The notes below the pieces were generated by a model. That model was not told where the DNA came from. It made no database searches and was given only the letters and a program-made list of their open reading frames with translations. The position numbers were made by a program, and so were the translations under genes. From Nanobdellota archaeon (GTDB lineage: Archaea; Nanobdellota; Nanobdellia; Woesearchaeales; UBA583), in contig JBMCRE010000006.1 in assembly GCA_048625195.1 (NCBI GenBank), positions 1-54,750 of the forward strand: DNA of 54,750 nucleotides, given 5' to 3'. Shown here piece after piece: positions 51,074-54,750 of the stretch. Within the stretch, counting starts at the first letter, position 1. Each line of letters opens with the position of its first letter.

Positions 51074-52654
51074 TTAAATATTACCGTTTTTGTTTAATTT
51101 TTCTGCTGCAATAATATCATCTATTCTTAAGATCATTGAAGTTATTTCTGTTGCACTTTTTATAGCTTGTGATTTAACATCAATTGGTTCTATTATTTTA
51201 TTTTTAATTGTATCATCTACAACTCCAATAAAGCCATCTAATCCTGATTTTTTTTTATTTTTCTCGTGATTTGATATTAATTTTGCAATAGTTTCTATTT
51301 CGTCAAATCCACTATTTTCACAAAGTGTTTTGGGAATTGAAAGAAAACTATTGGCAAAATATTCAACAATTAATTGTTCTTTTCCTTCTAATGTTTTAGA
51401 ATATTTAACTAGTTCTTTATATAATTCTATTTCTATTGCACCACCACCTGCTACAATTCTTTTACTTTTTAAAAGAACATTTATATCTCCTATTGCATCT
51501 TGAGTTGCTCTTTCTATTTCATCTAATATATATTTTGTTGATGCTTTTAAAAATAAAGTTGTTGCTTTTGGATTTTTTAAACCTTCAATAAATAAATAAT
51601 GTTCATCTAGTATCTCTTTTACTTCAATATTTTGTGCATTACCTAGATTATTTTTTGTTAAATCATCAATTGAATTAATTATTGGTTTGCATAATGCTTT
51701 TGACAATTTATTCATATCGGATTTTCTTGTTCTTCTTATTGCCATAATATTTGATTTTGCTAAATAATATGCAACACTATCATCTATTCCTTTTTGACAA
51801 ATAACTAAGTCTACTCCTATTTCTTTAATTTTATATGCAAGCTCTTTTAGATAATCGTGTTCTTGTTGTAAAAAAATTTGATAATCTTGTGATGTGTTTA
51901 TTGATATTTTTGCATCAGTGTCTAATTCTCTTACTTCGAGTGGAAAATCTATTAGTAATATTTTGCCTTGTTTTTTTATAGTTGGCATATTAGGATTTAT
52001 AAGTTTTTTATCTACTGCAAGACCATTTAAAACAAAACTATCTGATGTATCTCCACCTGTTAATTTGTGAATTTTGATAGAATCTTTAGGTATATAATTT
52101 TTTTCTTTTACATATTTTGTTATATCATAAATTATTTTTGATAATGTTTCTTTTGCTTGTTCTGCTACTTTTCCTGTCATTGCAGTTTCACAAATATCAC
52201 GAATAACTTTCTCGTTTTCAATATTAATTTCCATAGAATTTTCTTTTAATATTTCTAATGATTTTTGTGATGCTTTTTTGTATCCTTTAATTATAAGTGT
52301 TGGGTGAATCTTTTTTCTAAATAGTTCTTGTGCGTTTGACAACATTTCTCCACTTAAAATGACTGCTGTAGTTGTTCCATCTCCTACTTCACTCTCTTGA
52401 GTTTTTGCAACTTCTACAAGCATTTGAGCACCAGGATGGTTAATTTCCATCTCTTTTAGTATTTTTACACCATCATTTGTAATAATAGTATCTCCTAAAT
52501 TATCTATTAACATTTTATCCATCCCCATTGGACCAAGAGTGGTTTTTATTATTTGTGCAACAGCTTTTGTAGCTTCAATATTTGAATTTAGAGCATCTAT
52601 ACCTTTTGTTCTTGTAGTTGTATCTTCTAATACTCTATTATTGTTATTGTTCAT
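51074..52654 (-). CDS. ths: thermosome (group II chaperonin) subunit
   Basis: TTLGPMGMDKM, ITNDG, GDGTTTAV, AGGGAIE, ILRIDDII; probable start ATG 52654. Confidence 0.95.
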   Translation of the reverse strand: MNNNNNRVLEDTTTRTKGIDALNSNIEATKAVAQIIKTTLGPMGMDKMLIDNLGDTIITNDGVKILKEMEINHPGAQMLVEVAKTQESEVGDGTTTAVILSGEMLSNAQELFRKKIHPTLIIKGYKKASQKSLEILKENSMEINIENEKVIRDICETAMTGKVAEQAKETLSKIIYDITKYVKEKNYIPKDSIKIHKLTGGDTSDSFVLNGLAVDKKLINPNMPTIKKQGKILLIDFPLEVRELDTDAKISINTSQDYQIFLQQEHDYLKELAYKIKEIGVDLVICQKGIDDSVAYYLAKSNIMAIRRTRKSDMNKLSKALCKPIINSIDDLTKNNLGNAQNIEVKEILDEHYLFIEGLKNPKATTLFLKASTKYILDEIERATQDAIGDINVLLKSKRIVAGGGAIEIELYKELVKYSKTLEGKEQLIVEYFANSFLSIPKTLCENSGFDEIETIAKLISNHEKNKKKSGLDGFIGVVDDTIKNKIIEPIDVKSQAIKSATEITSMILRIDDIIAAEKLNKNGNI

Positions 52655-52856
52655 TTTAATTAAAATAAAGTTAATTAAGTTTATAAGTTTTATTGATTTG
52701 AGAGTTTTATTTGGTTTTCTGAAATTATTTCTAGTCATCTAATTATATTGCTTTATAAGTTTTATTTTAAATTGTAAAATTAAATTTAATTGCGTAAAAG
52801 AAATAAAAAAATGATAATATTAAATGAGGTAAAAAAATAATAATTATTTTAGAATT

Positions 52857-53102
52857 TTATAATCCTAAGTATTTGAATAATTCAAAAATTAAAAATGCTG
52901 GCCATACTAATGCTTTTAAAAAACCTATTAATATATTAACAAATCCTGAAGAAGTTGTTATATAATATATTAATGCTCCTATGAATCCTAATCCATAAAT
53001 GATTGGAGGATTTGTACAGTTGTTATCTTTACCTCTAGTACATACATTTTCTTTCCAGTTTTCTTTTTTGTTTTTTTCTTTTATATTTTGTTTTTCTTCC
53101 AT
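52857..53102 (-). CDS. small conserved membrane protein
   Basis: IYGLGFIGALIYYI..GFLKALVWPAFLIFE hydrophobic hairpin. Confidence 0.7.
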   Translation of the reverse strand: MEEKQNIKEKNKKENWKENVCTRGKDNNCTNPPIIYGLGFIGALIYYITTSSGFVNILIGFLKALVWPAFLIFELFKYLGL

Positions 53103-53346
53103 AATATAATATATTGTATATTATATATAAATATTTAGTTTTTTTAGTTTTGGATAAAAGTGTCATGTATTTATAAACCATCACTATTTATCATCCAACA
53201 ACTCAAAGATTAAATATAACTATATCATAAATATGAGAATTTGTGACCAATTTGACTGGAGAAGTGCAAAAATACGTAGTTATCCTTGTTATAATCCTCT
53301 AAGAGCTAAAATTTGAACAAAAAAATTATGTTATTTTATTATAAAT

Positions 53347-53748
53347 TTAAGAATTGTTTAAGTGACCAATTTTATTTGGTGCAAATAAATCTAACTCAAA
53401 ATAATTGCATGTTAATTCTTCGTTTTTTTTAATGTTTTTAATAGTAACGGTATATGATTCTTTATAGTTTTCTGACGTTTCTTTTGTGTTTGGATTTGAG
53501 GAATGATTAAAGAATTTAGCATTATCTATACAATAAACGATTCTTTGATCTTTTTTATTTTTATAACCATATTTTATTATATCTTTTTTAATTGGTTCGG
53601 GTAATTGTAATAATTCTTCTTGAGAAAAATTTCTGTCATATCCTTTATGAAACTTCCAAATCTTTTTTCCTTTTGGTATATCTTCTTTTGAAAAAATTCC
53701 TATCCCATGTATTTTACTTTCTTTCAAGTAGGTTTCTATTAACATCAT
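53347..53748 (-). CDS. SET domain protein
   Basis: SKIHGIGIF, FFNHSSNPN, IKKNEELTCNY. Confidence 0.92.
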   Translation of the reverse strand: MMLIETYLKESKIHGIGIFSKEDIPKGKKIWKFHKGYDRNFSQEELLQLPEPIKKDIIKYGYKNKKDQRIVYCIDNAKFFNHSSNPNTKETSENYKESYTVTIKNIKKNEELTCNYFELDLFAPNKIGHLNNS

Positions 53749-53989
53749 ATAATTTATTAAAAGAGAATCTTTTTAAATTTTTCTAAATGTTAGAAAAAAA
53801 AATTGATTAATTTAAAAATCGGATTTTAGTTTATTATGCTTGTTGCTATAAAAATTTGTATTTAATTTAAGAGACAACTTCAAGAAACAAAGTTGTAAGT
53901 GTAAATGTGTGTAGTATCAGGTCTTATCCTTTTCTTTCTTTTATTTTTATTATATCCTTTTTACATTTTAGCTAATAAAAAATTATTTC

Positions 53990-54154
53990 ATTTAAAATCG
54001 GAATTTAGAGAAGTTTTACAACGAAGAGAAAAATTTGGAAAATGCCAAGCTTAGGCATTTCTCTTTAAAATGCTGTTAATTGCTCCGAGCAGATAGGCGA
54101 GAACGCAACGTGGTTGAAGAGCGAAGTGACGAAGAAGTTGATAGTTAAAAATTT
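53990..54154. repeat. long imperfect palindromic element, copy 1 (cassette-site-like)
   Basis: GC-richer than background; shares anchors TTTA[GA]AGAAGTTTT, AAAAATTTGG, TGTTAA, GCAACG, CGAAGA(A)GTT with 54506-54690. Confidence 0.7.
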
Positions 54155-54157
54155 CTT

Positions 54158-54472
54158 TTAGTATATTATGGCTCCAATTATAATAAGTAGATCAATCATT
54201 ATTAATGAACCATACATAATAATAAGCGGTTTTTCTTTATGAATAATGCCATACAATGTCATTATTACAACAATCAACAAATAGGAAATCCAAGTTATTA
54301 ATGAAATACCTGAGGCATCTTTGAAAATCCAAATTTGAATTAATTGAGGCAAGGTTACAATTGGACTAGCAATTCCAGCAATATATGCTAGTTTCTCAAT
54401 AGTATTGTTGAATAAACCTGGTTTTTTCTTATGAAGATGATGCATTGCTTTACTTGTTTGAGCCATAATCAT
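54158..54472 (-). CDS. SemiSWEET / PQ-loop family small transporter
   Basis: LPQLIQIW..KDASGISLITW..LYGI; 3 TM. Confidence 0.85.
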   Translation of the reverse strand: MIMAQTSKAMHHLHKKKPGLFNNTIEKLAYIAGIASPIVTLPQLIQIWIFKDASGISLITWISYLLIVVIMTLYGIIHKEKPLIIMYGSLIMIDLLIIIGAIIY

Positions 54473-54505
54473 TATTAAAGAAATGTTATATATAAAACTT
54501 TTGTA

Positions 54506-54690
54506 AAATTTTTAACTATCAATTGTAATTAACAGAACACTTTAAAGAAGTTTTTCATAATGAAATGGATAAAAATTTGGGAGAAAACTACAAGTTTCTG
54601 GAATCTCTAAATCCTTGTTAAATGAGGTGAGGAGCGAGAGCGACGAAAGTGCAACGGTCGGCGAATCCGAAACCCGAAGAGTTAGGTTTA
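54506..54690. repeat. long imperfect palindromic element, copy 2 (cassette-site-like)
   Basis: Diverged direct repeat of 53990-54154; core AATTAAC...GTTAAAT. Confidence 0.7.
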
Positions 54691-54750
54691 TTTTTTATTT
54701 AATAATTTCAAGACCAATGCAATTGTAATATAAATTACTACACATCCTCC

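Noticed and set aside
52655-52738. N-terminal extensions in the ORF track for thermosome (similarly hydrogenase gamma/delta, L24e, aRF1)
   Set aside because: Downstream ATGs fit family starts, gene overlaps or SD motifs better
1551-53786. Short antisense or alternate-frame ORFs in the track (e.g. 1551-1805, 8229-8474, 25739-25987, 35592-35987, 53592-53786)
   Set aside because: They lie within well-supported genes and show no motifs; shadow ORFs

Overview
Very AT-rich archaeal chromosomal segment. EF-1alpha, aRF1, thermosome, L7Ae/S28e/L24e/S17e, archaeal-type PGK and ArlCDE/G/F, together with bacterial-type uvrB and reduced NFACT and NMD3 genes, suggest a DPANN archaeon, probably Woesearchaeota-like (inference). 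Housekeeping content includes two tRNAs, smc, uvrB, tuf-rpsJ, aRF1, a ribosomal protein cluster, sppA and thermosome. Strongest candidates for undescribed biology: (1) a ~2.95-kb tandem duplication (7150-10087 / 10142-13052) pairing a Tat-signal protein with the C-terminal third of a giant secreted Cys-rich protein, in which near-identical DNA blocks alternate with sharply bounded hypervariable blocks, an orphan-cassette / allele-swapping architecture; (2) at the right end, small co-oriented genes separated by long imperfect palindromes whose arms pair better across neighbouring sites than within a site, suggesting a gene-cassette array that recombines at the palindrome centre. Also notable: ArlF fused to adhesin-like domains in a partial archaellum cluster, a PGK-PfkB fusion, group 3b hydrogenase beta/gamma/delta genes with no large subunit, an unannotated decayed antitoxin-MazF pair, a two-domain CobA/BtuR, and a bipartite 8-bp tandem repeat. 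All family calls are from motif recognition by eye; no database searches were run.
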